Shown here piece by piece: positions 43,628-52,169 of a stretch of DNA of 64,000 nt. A program made the position numbers and the translations under genes. This DNA is from Pyrinomonadaceae bacterium (GTDB lineage: Bacteria > Acidobacteriota > Blastocatellia > Pyrinomonadales > Pyrinomonadaceae). The notes below the pieces were generated by a model. It saw only the letters and a list, made by a program, of their open reading frames with translations, was not told the origin of the DNA and did not search any database. How positions within the stretch are numbered: the stretch's first letter is position 1; each line of letters begins with the position of its first letter. The DNA is taken from positions 762 to 64,761 of the forward strand of contig DATFDT010000053.1 of NCBI GenBank assembly GCA_035251975.1, written 5' to 3'.

Positions 43628-44968
43628 ATGAGGGCAGTTTTATTATTTGTTTTGTTGATCGTCTGCGCCGTGATCGTGTTCGCGGTGCCTGCGATAGTTG
43701 CGCCTTTCACCGAATACTCGACCTATGACGCAGGTCAGGCGGTGTTGTTCTGTCTGACCCTGGCCATAATTGTCGGCTGCTTCGTCTATCGAAATAAAGA
43801 ATACCGTTCATTCCTGCTGCAACTCTTTGGCTGGGCCCTGGTGGTGCGAATGCTCGTCGCCACCGGCATCTTCATATTCAACGTGCAGGAGTTTTTTGGC
43901 GGTGATGCTATTACGTACGACTATTTCGGTTACGCGCAGATGAAGGCGTGGCAAGGAGATTCTTACTATTTAGCTATCGCTAATCACTTCATGGAAGGAC
44001 AGGCGTCTGCATGGGGCATGATCAACATGGTCGCGCTCGTGTACTCAATAATCGGACGCAACACCCTGGCGATACAGTTTGTTAATTCGATCATCGGTGC
44101 AGCAACGGCAGTTCTGGTCTTTAGTTGTGCTCAGCACGTTTACCAGAATGTTCGCGTCGCCAAAATAGCCGCCATCTACGTCGCGTTTTTCCCGTCGCTG
44201 GTGCTGTGGTCGGCTCAAGGATTGAAAGATGCTCCGATAGTCTTCTTTCTGGTCCTCGCGATTCTGGCAAGTCTCCGTTTGAGTGAAAAACTCTCGGTGA
44301 AGCATGGTGTCATACTGATCGCCGCCCTGTTTTCGATTCTCAGTTTACGGTTTTATGTTTTTTACATGATTGTGGTGGCGATTGCCGGTGGATTTTTGAT
44401 TGGTTTGCAGAAGATCACACCGACGAATTTTGCGCGCCAGTTTGTTGTCATCCTGATGATGGGCGTGTCACTCACTTATCTTGGCGTGACTCGCTACGCA
44501 AATGCGCAATTCAGTCGTTATGCCACCTTGGAGGCAGTGAACCGAAGCCGCGCTGATCTGGCGCGCGCCGGATCCGGGTTTGGCCAGGAAGTGGACGTGT
44601 CAACAACCGAGGGCGCGATTTCCACAATTCCGATTGGTTTGATCTACCTGCTGTTTGCCCCATTTCCCTGGCAACTCGTTTCATTGCGGCAAAGCATCAC
44701 GCTTCCGGAGATGATTATCTGGTGGCTCTCATTTCCCTTAATGGTGCTTGGTGTTTGGTATTCAATTAAATACCGCTTACGCCAGATCTCGCCGATTCTG
44801 ATTTTCACAACGATGCTTTCAATCGCTTACTCGGTATTTCAGGGAAACGTCGGCACGGCTTATCGCCAGCGCGCGCAGTTGCTGGTGTTTTATTTTATCT
44901 TTGTAGCGGTCGGGTTTGTGTTGTTGAAAGAGAAGAAAGAGAACCTGGATCGGTTTAGAAAGCGTTAA
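43628..44968 (+). CDS. Polytopic inner-membrane protein, function unknown (GT-C- or Wzy-like candidate)
   Basis: 446 aa with at least 10 hydrophobic segments and a loop GGDAITYDYFGYAQMKAW. No diagnostic motif recognised. Confidence 0.5.
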   Translation: MRAVLLFVLLIVCAVIVFAVPAIVAPFTEYSTYDAGQAVLFCLTLAIIVGCFVYRNKEYRSFLLQLFGWALVVRMLVATGIFIFNVQEFFGGDAITYDYFGYAQMKAWQGDSYYLAIANHFMEGQASAWGMINMVALVYSIIGRNTLAIQFVNSIIGAATAVLVFSCAQHVYQNVRVAKIAAIYVAFFPSLVLWSAQGLKDAPIVFFLVLAILASLRLSEKLSVKHGVILIAALFSILSLRFYVFYMIVVAIAGGFLIGLQKITPTNFARQFVVILMMGVSLTYLGVTRYANAQFSRYATLEAVNRSRADLARAGSGFGQEVDVSTTEGAISTIPIGLIYLLFAPFPWQLVSLRQSITLPEMIIWWLSFPLMVLGVWYSIKYRLRQISPILIFTTMLSIAYSVFQGNVGTAYRQRAQLLVFYFIFVAVGFVLLKEKKENLDRFRKR

Positions 44969-44973
44969 AACTC

Positions 44974-45074
44974 TTCTCTGTGAAACCTCTGTGTTCTCTG
45001 TGTCTCCGTGGTGAGTTATTGCTGCGAACCAGTTAACCATAGAGACACAGAGAACACAGAGGCTGCGCAGAGAA
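44974..45074. repeat. Family A hairpin element, copy 7 (long-loop form, degenerate)
   Basis: TTCTCTGTGAAACCTCTGTGTTCTCTGTGTCTCCGTGG-TGAGTTATTGCTGCGAACCAGTTAA-CCATAGAGACACAGAGAACACAGAGGCTGCGCAGAGAA. Confidence 0.9.
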
Positions 45075-45094
45075 ATCAGTAGGGGCGACCAGAA

Positions 45095-46975
45095 ATGTGT
45101 GGAATTGTAGGTATCGTTCGTAACGACGGGAAGTCGATTGACGAAGATCTGTTAGCGCGGATGAATAACGCGATTCGTCATCGCGGTCCCGATGACGATG
45201 GCTTCTACGTCAATGGTTCGGTTGGTCTCGGTATGCGTCGCCTCGCGATCATCGATCTCAAAGGCGGAGCACAACCGATCCACAACCAGGACCGCAGCTC
45301 ATGGATCGTCTTCAACGGCGAGATCTACAACTATCTCGAGCTCCGCGAGAAGTTGGAAAAACTAGGTCACACCTTCTACACCAACAGCGACACCGAAGCT
45401 ATCGTTCATGCTTACGATCAATTCGGTGTTGATTGTCCCAAACACCTGCGCGGGATGTTTGCCTTCGCAATCTGGAATGAACGAAGCCAGGAACTGTTCC
45501 TCGCCCGTGACCGCGTCGGTAAAAAGCCTGTTTTATACGCCCACGTAAATGGACAACTCATCTTCGGATCGGAGTTCAGCGCGCTGCTGCTTCATCCGGA
45601 TGTGAGTCGAGACATTCAACCGGAAGCACTGGATTACTATCTTTCATTCATGTGCATCCCGGCGCCGCTGACTGCTTACCGCGCGATCCGGAAACTCGAG
45701 CCTGGTCACTGGCTGCGTTGGCGCCACGGGGAAATCGAGCTGCAGCGTTACTGGCAGCCGGATTTCACCAAGAAGATCGAGCTGAGTGAGGAAGAAGCAG
45801 GCGAACGAACGGTTGAGATTCTACGCGATGCTGTGCGCGTGCGTTTGATGTCGGAGGTGCCACTCGGTGCGTTTCTCTCAGGCGGCATCGATTCGAGCGC
45901 CGTTGTGGCGTTGATGAGCCAGGAGTCGAGCGAGCGAGTCAAAACATTCTCAATCGGTTTTGATGAACAGGACTTCAGCGAACTACATCATGCGCGACGG
46001 ATCGCCGAGCACGTCGGCGCCGATCATCACGAGTTTATCGTGCGGCCTGACGCTCTCGAAGTATTGCCCACCCTCGTCGAACATTATGGCGAGCCTTACG
46101 CGGATTCATCAGCAGTGCCCACCTATTACGTCGCGAAAGAAACTCGCAAACACGTCACAGTTGCTTTGAACGGCGATGGCGGCGACGAATCGTTTGCAGG
46201 TTACGAGCGATACATCGCGATGGGATTGACGGAAAAGTACCGCCGCGTGCCGTCGTTCCTGCGTGAGTCGTTGATCAAGGAAACGGTAAACCTGATTCCG
46301 AGCTCGCCGCTAAAGCGCAGCCGAGTGAAGTCTGCGAAGCGTTTGCTCGACGCAGTAGCGCTGCCGCGAGTCGATCGCTACGCGCGTTGGGTAAGTGTTT
46401 TCAACGAGCAGACCAAGCAGCCGCTCTATTCGGATCGTTTTCGAGAGCAAACACAGGCAGCCGATGCGACTGGAATACTGGCGGAATGGTTCAGGCGCGC
46501 CAACGGCATCGGCGTCGTGGATGCAATGCTGCTGACGGATCAGATGACTTACCTGCCTAACGACCTGCTGGTGAAAGTCGATATTGCGACGATGGCAGTT
46601 TCACTCGAGGCGCGTTCGCCCTTTCTCGATCATCATGTGATCGAGTTTGCTGCGAGTTTGCCGCAAAATCTTAAACTGCGAAGACTGACGAGCAAGTATC
46701 TTTTGAAGAAAGTCCTGCGCAAGCTGTTGCCGAGTGAGAATCTTAAGCGACGAAAAATGGGTTTCGGTGTTCCGGTCGGACACTGGTTTCGTGGCAAGAT
46801 GCAGCCGTTTCTGCGAGAAGTACTCCTTTCAGAGAAGGCGTTGCGCAGAGGCATGTTCCAGCCGGAGACGGTAAGGCAGTTGATCGAATTGCACGTACGT
46901 GGCGAACGCGATTATTCGCAACAGCTTTGGACACTTTTGATGCTCGAATTGTGGTTCAACCGATTCATTGACTGA
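45095..46975 (+). CDS. asnB: Asparagine synthase (glutamine-hydrolysing) family amidotransferase
   Basis: The N-terminal nucleophile context is MCGIVG. The Ntn-amidotransferase domain is followed by the PP-loop motif SGGIDSS. 626 aa. Confidence 0.85.
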   Translation: MCGIVGIVRNDGKSIDEDLLARMNNAIRHRGPDDDGFYVNGSVGLGMRRLAIIDLKGGAQPIHNQDRSSWIVFNGEIYNYLELREKLEKLGHTFYTNSDTEAIVHAYDQFGVDCPKHLRGMFAFAIWNERSQELFLARDRVGKKPVLYAHVNGQLIFGSEFSALLLHPDVSRDIQPEALDYYLSFMCIPAPLTAYRAIRKLEPGHWLRWRHGEIELQRYWQPDFTKKIELSEEEAGERTVEILRDAVRVRLMSEVPLGAFLSGGIDSSAVVALMSQESSERVKTFSIGFDEQDFSELHHARRIAEHVGADHHEFIVRPDALEVLPTLVEHYGEPYADSSAVPTYYVAKETRKHVTVALNGDGGDESFAGYERYIAMGLTEKYRRVPSFLRESLIKETVNLIPSSPLKRSRVKSAKRLLDAVALPRVDRYARWVSVFNEQTKQPLYSDRFREQTQAADATGILAEWFRRANGIGVVDAMLLTDQMTYLPNDLLVKVDIATMAVSLEARSPFLDHHVIEFAASLPQNLKLRRLTSKYLLKKVLRKLLPSENLKRRKMGFGVPVGHWFRGKMQPFLREVLLSEKALRRGMFQPETVRQLIELHVRGERDYSQQLWTLLMLELWFNRFID

Positions 46976-46997
46976 TCTCTGCAGAGATCGCAGAGAA
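46974..46997. repeat. Mini-palindrome with family-B-like tail
   Basis: GATCTCTGCAGAGATC is a perfect 16-bp palindrome. It overlaps the asnB stop and is followed by GCAGAGAA. Confidence 0.6.
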
Positions 46998-47014
46998 AAC
47001 AACGGGGGGAAAAG

Positions 47015-47743
47015 TTGAAAGGTGTAGTGCTAGCTGGTGGCCTGGGGACGAGGTTGAGGCCCCTGACTTCCGTAACAAACAAACATCTGCTGCCGGTGTA
47101 CGACCAGCCGATGATCTATTACCCGCTCCAGACACTCGTGAATGCTGGTATCACCGACATCATGGTTGTGACTGGTGGCAATTCCGCCGGTGAGTTCCTG
47201 CGCTTGTTGGGGAACGGCAAGGCATTCGGCCTCAAGCACCTCAACTATACGTACCAGGAAGGTGAAGGCGGCATCGCGCAGGCACTCTCGCTGGTGGAAC
47301 ACTTTTGCGCGGGTGAACCCGTTTGTGTTGTGCTGGGCGACAACATTATCGAGGGAAACATACGTGCGGCGGTCGCTGATTATCATCGCCAGGGTCGCGG
47401 CGCGAAGATCATGTTGAAGAAGGTTCCGGATCCGCAACGTTTCGGCGTGCCGAGGCTCGAAGGCAAGCGCGTGGTCCGTATCGACGAGAAGCCGGCGAAA
47501 CCACAGTCAGACTATGCAGTCATCGGCATTTACATGTACGACGAGACGGTCTACGACATCATTCGAGATCTGAAACCGTCCGGCCGCGGCGAGCTCGAGA
47601 TCACAGACGTCAACAACGCCTACATCGAGCGTGATGCAATGACATGGGACGAGCTCGAAGGCTGGTGGACCGACGCCGGGACTTTCGAAAGTCTCCTGCA
47701 CGCCTCGAACCTTGTAGCTGAAACAGGCGCCAACAAACATTAA
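47015..47743 (+). CDS. rmlA: Glucose-1-phosphate thymidylyltransferase, short (SpsI-like) form
   Basis: The TTG start gives MKGVVLAGGLGTRLRPLTSVTNKHLLPVYDQPMIYYPL. GDNI is present. 242 aa. Confidence 0.75.
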   Translation: MKGVVLAGGLGTRLRPLTSVTNKHLLPVYDQPMIYYPLQTLVNAGITDIMVVTGGNSAGEFLRLLGNGKAFGLKHLNYTYQEGEGGIAQALSLVEHFCAGEPVCVVLGDNIIEGNIRAAVADYHRQGRGAKIMLKKVPDPQRFGVPRLEGKRVVRIDEKPAKPQSDYAVIGIYMYDETVYDIIRDLKPSGRGELEITDVNNAYIERDAMTWDELEGWWTDAGTFESLLHASNLVAETGANKH

Positions 47744-47744
47744 A

Positions 47745-47845
47745 CTCTGCGTAATCTCTGCGTTCTCTGCGCCTCTGCGGTAAAAAGAAAACGAGAACGC
47801 ATGTAAACCGCAGAGGCGCAGAGACCGCAAAGACTACGCAGAGAA
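47745..47845. repeat. Family B hairpin element, copy 3
   Basis: CTCTGCGTAATCTCTGCGTTCTCTGCGCCTCTGCGG-TAAAAAGAAAACGAGAACGCATGTAAA-CCGCAGAGGCGCAGAGACCGCAAAGACTACGCAGAGAA. Confidence 0.9.
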
Positions 47846-47851
47846 ATTCAA

Positions 47852-49186
47852 ATGCAACGTAGCTCTTCACAATCTGAGGTTCGCAGTCCCAAGGTAATCA
47901 GGATTATTGCCCGGTTGAATGTAGGTGGACCAGCGAAGCACGTTGTCTGGTTGACTGCCGGATTGCACGATGCGGGTTTCAACACCGTGCTGGTGACTGG
48001 CACGGTTCCCAAAGGTGAAGGCGACATGAGCTATTTCGCGGAAGATGCAGGAGTGTTTCCACTCTTCATTCCCGAGATGAGCCGCGAGATATCGGCGAAG
48101 GATGCCATCACCGTCTGGAAACTGTTTCGTCTGTTCCTGCGTGAACAGCCCGACATCGTGCACACGCACACAGCCAAAGCCGGCACGGTTGGACGCGCTG
48201 CCGGATTTCTATATCGTTGGCTAACTCCCGGTGTTTTGATCGGCAAGCCACGCCAATGCAAGTTTGTTCACACTTATCATGGACACGTTTTTCACAGCTA
48301 TTATGGCCGTGCTCGAACGAGATTGTTTCTCTTCGTCGAAAGGTTGCTGGCGAAAGTCGCTACGAACCGGCTGATAGTTGTCAGCAAGCAACAGAGCATC
48401 GAGATTGGTGACAAGTTTGGCGTGGGCCAGCCGTCGCAAATCAAAGTGATTCCGCTGGGTTTGGATCTCGGCATTTTTTCCGAATATGCAAAGCGACGCT
48501 CGAGATTTCGTCATGAGTTGTGTATCCCTGACCACACCATTCTCGTCGGCATCGTGGGCCGCTTGACCGAGATCAAGAACCACCAGATGTTTCTGAATGT
48601 CGTCGCCCGCTTCAAGGAGATCGATCCCGCCTGCTGGAGACAGGGCGCCGTACGTTTCATCGTCATTGGCGACGGCTTGTTGCGCGAGAGTCTGGAATAT
48701 CAGAGCCAGTCGTTGGGATTAGATAAAGATGTGATCTTTGTCGGTGGCAGAAAGGATCCCGAGTATTTCTATCCTGCGCTTGATGTGGTTGCCCTGACCT
48801 CTCATAACGAGGGCACGCCGCTGACGCTGATAGAAGCGATGGCGAATGCACGTCCGGTTGTCGCCACGAATGTCGGTGGCGTCGTGGATCTTTTGGGTGA
48901 CGTAATCGAAGATGGGCCATATCAGGTTCGCAGTCGCGGCATCAGCGTTCCTGCTGGTGACGAGGAAGCATTTGTGACGGCGCTCAGCCGGATCATTCGC
49001 GACCGGTCTTTGCAGCAGGAGCTAGGTGAGCGTGGTCTGGAGTTTGTAGAAGTAAACTATGCGAAGGAACGGTTGTTGGAAGACATCAAGGCTTTATACA
49101 ACGAATTGATGAACGAAGGCAGAGTTGCGGATCGCGAGTTTGGCGTTTCAGATTTCAGGGCAAACTCGCATTCAAAATTTCACTAA
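47852..49186 (+). CDS. Glycosyltransferase family 4
   Basis: VIRIIARLNVGGPAKHV N-terminus. SHNEGTPLTLIEAMANARPVVATNVGG E-x7-E region. Confidence 0.8.
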   Translation: MQRSSSQSEVRSPKVIRIIARLNVGGPAKHVVWLTAGLHDAGFNTVLVTGTVPKGEGDMSYFAEDAGVFPLFIPEMSREISAKDAITVWKLFRLFLREQPDIVHTHTAKAGTVGRAAGFLYRWLTPGVLIGKPRQCKFVHTYHGHVFHSYYGRARTRLFLFVERLLAKVATNRLIVVSKQQSIEIGDKFGVGQPSQIKVIPLGLDLGIFSEYAKRRSRFRHELCIPDHTILVGIVGRLTEIKNHQMFLNVVARFKEIDPACWRQGAVRFIVIGDGLLRESLEYQSQSLGLDKDVIFVGGRKDPEYFYPALDVVALTSHNEGTPLTLIEAMANARPVVATNVGGVVDLLGDVIEDGPYQVRSRGISVPAGDEEAFVTALSRIIRDRSLQQELGERGLEFVEVNYAKERLLEDIKALYNELMNEGRVADREFGVSDFRANSHSKFH

Positions 49187-49198
49187 GGAGTATAACGG

Positions 49199-50179
49199 TT
49201 GCGAGTACTTATCACAGGCGGCGCCGGTTTCATCGGATCACATTTATCCGACGCTTATATCAAACGTGGTGACGAAGTTTATGTTATCGACGATCTATCC
49301 ACCGGATCGATCGAGAACATTCAGCACCTCAAAAGTCATCCGCGTTTTCATTACACGATTGATTCGGTCCACAACCATCCGGTAACTGCGGAATTGATCG
49401 ATCAATGCGACGTCATCTTCCACCTCGCAGCCGCGGTTGGAGTAAAGCTCATCGTCGAGAGCCCGGTGCGCACTATCGAGACGAACGTGCGCGGCACCGA
49501 GGTCGTGCTTTCAGTCGCTAACAAGAAAAAGAAGAAGGTGCTGATTGCCTCGACTTCCGAAGTTTACGGTCTGAGCTCTGACGTTCCGTTTCGCGAAGAC
49601 GGGAATCTTGTCATGGGCGCGACCACCAAAGGTCGTTGGAGTTACGCCTGCTCGAAGGCCATTGATGAGTTTTTAGCCCTGGCTTACTGGCGCGAAAAGA
49701 AACTTCCGACCATTGTCGTGCGACTCTTCAATACAGTTGGACCACGACAAACCGGACAGTATGGGATGGTCATTCCCACGTTTGTGAAACAGGCCCTCGC
49801 GGGCAGGCCGATCACGGTTTATGGCGATGGCACACAGAGCCGGTGTTTTGGTTATGTTGGCGACGTGGTCGGAGCGCTAATGAAGCTGATGGATAGCACG
49901 GAGGCAGTTGGGCAGGTCTTCAATATCGGTTCGAATGAGGAGATCTCGATACGCGCGCTCGCGGAACGCGTGAAGGAGGTCACAAAGTCAGACTCAGAAA
50001 TCGTGTATGTGCCGTATGACCAGGCCTACGAAGAGGGCTTTGAAGACATGCCGCGGCGCATTCCCGATATCTCGAAAGTCAGTGAATTGGTTGGTTTTCG
50101 TCCTGAAATGAGCCTCGATGGCATTTTGGAGTCAGTGATTGATTACCAGATCGGACGACGTCGCGCCGCTGGCGATTGA
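49199..50179 (+). CDS. NAD-dependent epimerase/dehydratase (UXS/ArnA-decarboxylase-like extended SDR)
   Basis: TTG start 8 nt after AAGGAG. ITGGAGFIGSH, STSEVYG, RWSYACSKAIDEF (ArnA/UXS-like YxxxK context). Confidence 0.7.
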   Translation: MRVLITGGAGFIGSHLSDAYIKRGDEVYVIDDLSTGSIENIQHLKSHPRFHYTIDSVHNHPVTAELIDQCDVIFHLAAAVGVKLIVESPVRTIETNVRGTEVVLSVANKKKKKVLIASTSEVYGLSSDVPFREDGNLVMGATTKGRWSYACSKAIDEFLALAYWREKKLPTIVVRLFNTVGPRQTGQYGMVIPTFVKQALAGRPITVYGDGTQSRCFGYVGDVVGALMKLMDSTEAVGQVFNIGSNEEISIRALAERVKEVTKSDSEIVYVPYDQAYEEGFEDMPRRIPDISKVSELVGFRPEMSLDGILESVIDYQIGRRRAAGD

Positions 50180-50191
50180 AAGTTATTGCCA

Positions 50192-50237
50192 ATCCACAGA
50201 TTTCACAGATTACCCAGATTCTGTGTAATCTGTGGAT
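50192..50237. repeat. Family C hairpin element, copy 3
   Basis: ATCCACAGATTTCACAGATTACCCAGATTCTGTGTAATCTGTGGAT. Confidence 0.9.
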
Positions 50238-50255
50238 ACAAAACGCGGAACCGAT

Positions 50256-52055
50256 ATGCCTCTTAATCCTCGTACGCTCCTGGCAGTTGCGGCATCTTTT
50301 TGTTTAGCGCTGATACTGACGCCGCTGGTGCGCGCGTTTGCGCGGCGCTTCGGTTTTGTTGCCGTACCCAAAACCGATCGCTGGCACAAGAAGCCCACCG
50401 CCATGCTCGGCGGCGCGGCAATATGGCTTTCGGTAGTCATCACCTGCCTCGCGTTCTCACTGCAAACCACGTACGGAAAATTTATTCTGTTAGCAAGCAC
50501 TCTGCTGTTTCTCGTCGGCCTCGTTGATGATGTGATCCACATCAAGCCTTATCAAAAACTGATCGGACAAATTCTCGGCTCCGCTTACGTTGTCTACTAC
50601 GGACTCAGTCTGCCGTGGACGGGTTCAGTGCTCTTGAACATGGCGCTGGCCATCTTCTGGTTGATTGGCATCACGAACGCCATCAACCTGCTCGACAACA
50701 TGGATGGTCTCGCTTCCGGCATCGCGATCATTGCGGCTGGATTCCTGGCACTCAGCTTCATGAACAGCGGGCAATTCACCGAGGCCGGTGTGCTTCTGGT
50801 GTTTGCCGGTGCTCTGCTTGGTTTTCTGGTTTACAACTCGAACCCGGCATCAGTATTCATGGGCGACTGTGGATCGATGTTCGTGGGTTTCTTTTTGGCG
50901 AGCTCGGCGCTGACTCACATCAGTGGTGGAAGATCGAGAAGCTTCCTTCCGGTGCTTGCAGTTCCGATCCTCGTTCTCTTCATTCCTATCTTCGATACAA
51001 CCTTCGTCACGGTATTGCGCAAGCTTTCCGGCCGTGCCGCATCGCAAGGCGGACGCGATCATACATCGCATCGACTCGTCGCCCTGGGAATGTCGGAACG
51101 TCACGCGGTGTGGATGCTTTATGGGTTCGCAGCACTCTCAGGTCTGCTGGCGATTCTCGTACAACGAGCGCGATTAGACGTCAGCCTAGCTGCGATCGCG
51201 GGCTTCACGATCGTGCTGACACTGATCGGTGTTTATCTCGCCGGAGTTAAGGTTTACGACAAGAGCGAGGAAGAGATGGCGATGCTTAAAGATAAGCCAC
51301 TCTACGCCTTCCTCGTCGACGTTTCTTACAAGCGGCGCATCTTCGAAGTGTTTCTTGACATGGTTTTGATAACCCTGTCGTACTGGGCAGCCTACGCTCT
51401 GAACTTCCCACAGGGGAATCCGGCATGGCAACTGTTTATTCGCACGTTGCCTGTGCTCGTGTTCATCAAGATGCTGGTTTTTCTGGTGATGGGCGTTTAC
51501 CGCGGGCTTTGGCGATACACGAGCATGAGCGATCTGATCGTGTTTGGAAAAGCGGTGGTGCTTAGCTCGGTGGCCTGTTTGCTGCTGATACTGTTTGCGT
51601 TCCGGTTCGAGGGTTTTTCCCGCAAGGTATTTATCATCGACCTGGTGCTAATGTTCATGTTTTTGGCCGGCAGTCGCATGGCGTTCCGATTGTTCCGGCA
51701 ACTGCTGCCGGCGGTGAGTAAAAAAAATGGGCGCCGCGTTCTAATCTATGGCGCAGGCGACGGTGGTGAACTTTTGTTAAGAGAGTTGCGGAACAACCGC
51801 GAGCTGCATTTGGCGCCGATCGGTTTTCTCGACGACGATCCGGCGAAGAGTGGAAAAGTGATTCATGGATTGCGCGTTTTTGGAGGAAATGGTGATCTGG
51901 GTGCGATCTGCATGCAACATGAAGTAGATGAAGTGGTGATTTCGAGTCTGAAGATGACCGAGGAGCGTATTCAGGAAGTATTGCGATGTTGCTCGGAAAA
52001 GCAGATCACCGTTAAGCGCATGCGCATCACCATGGAAGATCTGACGTCGCATTAA
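50256..52055 (+). CDS. Polyprenyl-phosphate N-acetylhexosamine-1-phosphate transferase (WecA/MraY family) fused to a WbpM/PglF/CapD-type N-terminal membrane + Rossmann-like module
   Basis: Start set at the ATG at 50256, since the track start lies in repeat C3. N-terminal half: LVDDVIHIKPYQK, ITNAINLLDNMDGLASG, FMGDCGSMF, GGRDHTSHRL. C-terminal half: GVYRGLWRYTSMSDL, then GRRVLIYGAGDGGELLLRELR..PIGFLDDDPAKSG. No dehydratase domain follows. Confidence 0.8.
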   Translation: MPLNPRTLLAVAASFCLALILTPLVRAFARRFGFVAVPKTDRWHKKPTAMLGGAAIWLSVVITCLAFSLQTTYGKFILLASTLLFLVGLVDDVIHIKPYQKLIGQILGSAYVVYYGLSLPWTGSVLLNMALAIFWLIGITNAINLLDNMDGLASGIAIIAAGFLALSFMNSGQFTEAGVLLVFAGALLGFLVYNSNPASVFMGDCGSMFVGFFLASSALTHISGGRSRSFLPVLAVPILVLFIPIFDTTFVTVLRKLSGRAASQGGRDHTSHRLVALGMSERHAVWMLYGFAALSGLLAILVQRARLDVSLAAIAGFTIVLTLIGVYLAGVKVYDKSEEEMAMLKDKPLYAFLVDVSYKRRIFEVFLDMVLITLSYWAAYALNFPQGNPAWQLFIRTLPVLVFIKMLVFLVMGVYRGLWRYTSMSDLIVFGKAVVLSSVACLLLILFAFRFEGFSRKVFIIDLVLMFMFLAGSRMAFRLFRQLLPAVSKKNGRRVLIYGAGDGGELLLRELRNNRELHLAPIGFLDDDPAKSGKVIHGLRVFGGNGDLGAICMQHEVDEVVISSLKMTEERIQEVLRCCSEKQITVKRMRITMEDLTSH

Positions 52056-52061
52056 AATAAC

Positions 52062-52153
52062 TTCTCTGTGCAACCTCTGTGTTCTCTGTGTCTCTGTGGT
52101 TCAAGCAATCGTCAACCACAGAGACACAGAGGACACAGAGGTTGCACAGAGAA
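52062..52153. repeat. Family A hairpin element, copy 8
   Basis: TTCTCTGTGCAACCTCTGTGTTCTCTGTGTCTCTGTGG-TTCAAGCAATCGTCAA-CCACAGAGACACAGAGGACACAGAGGTTGCACAGAGAA. Confidence 0.9.
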
Positions 52154-52169
52154 AACCAAAGTTCTAACA

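Noticed and set aside
50615-51250. 211-aa alternative-frame ORF inside the WecA-fusion gene
   Set aside because: It is Arg/His/Cys/Trp-rich, as is typical of an off-frame translation. The annotated frame carries all the PNPT motifs.
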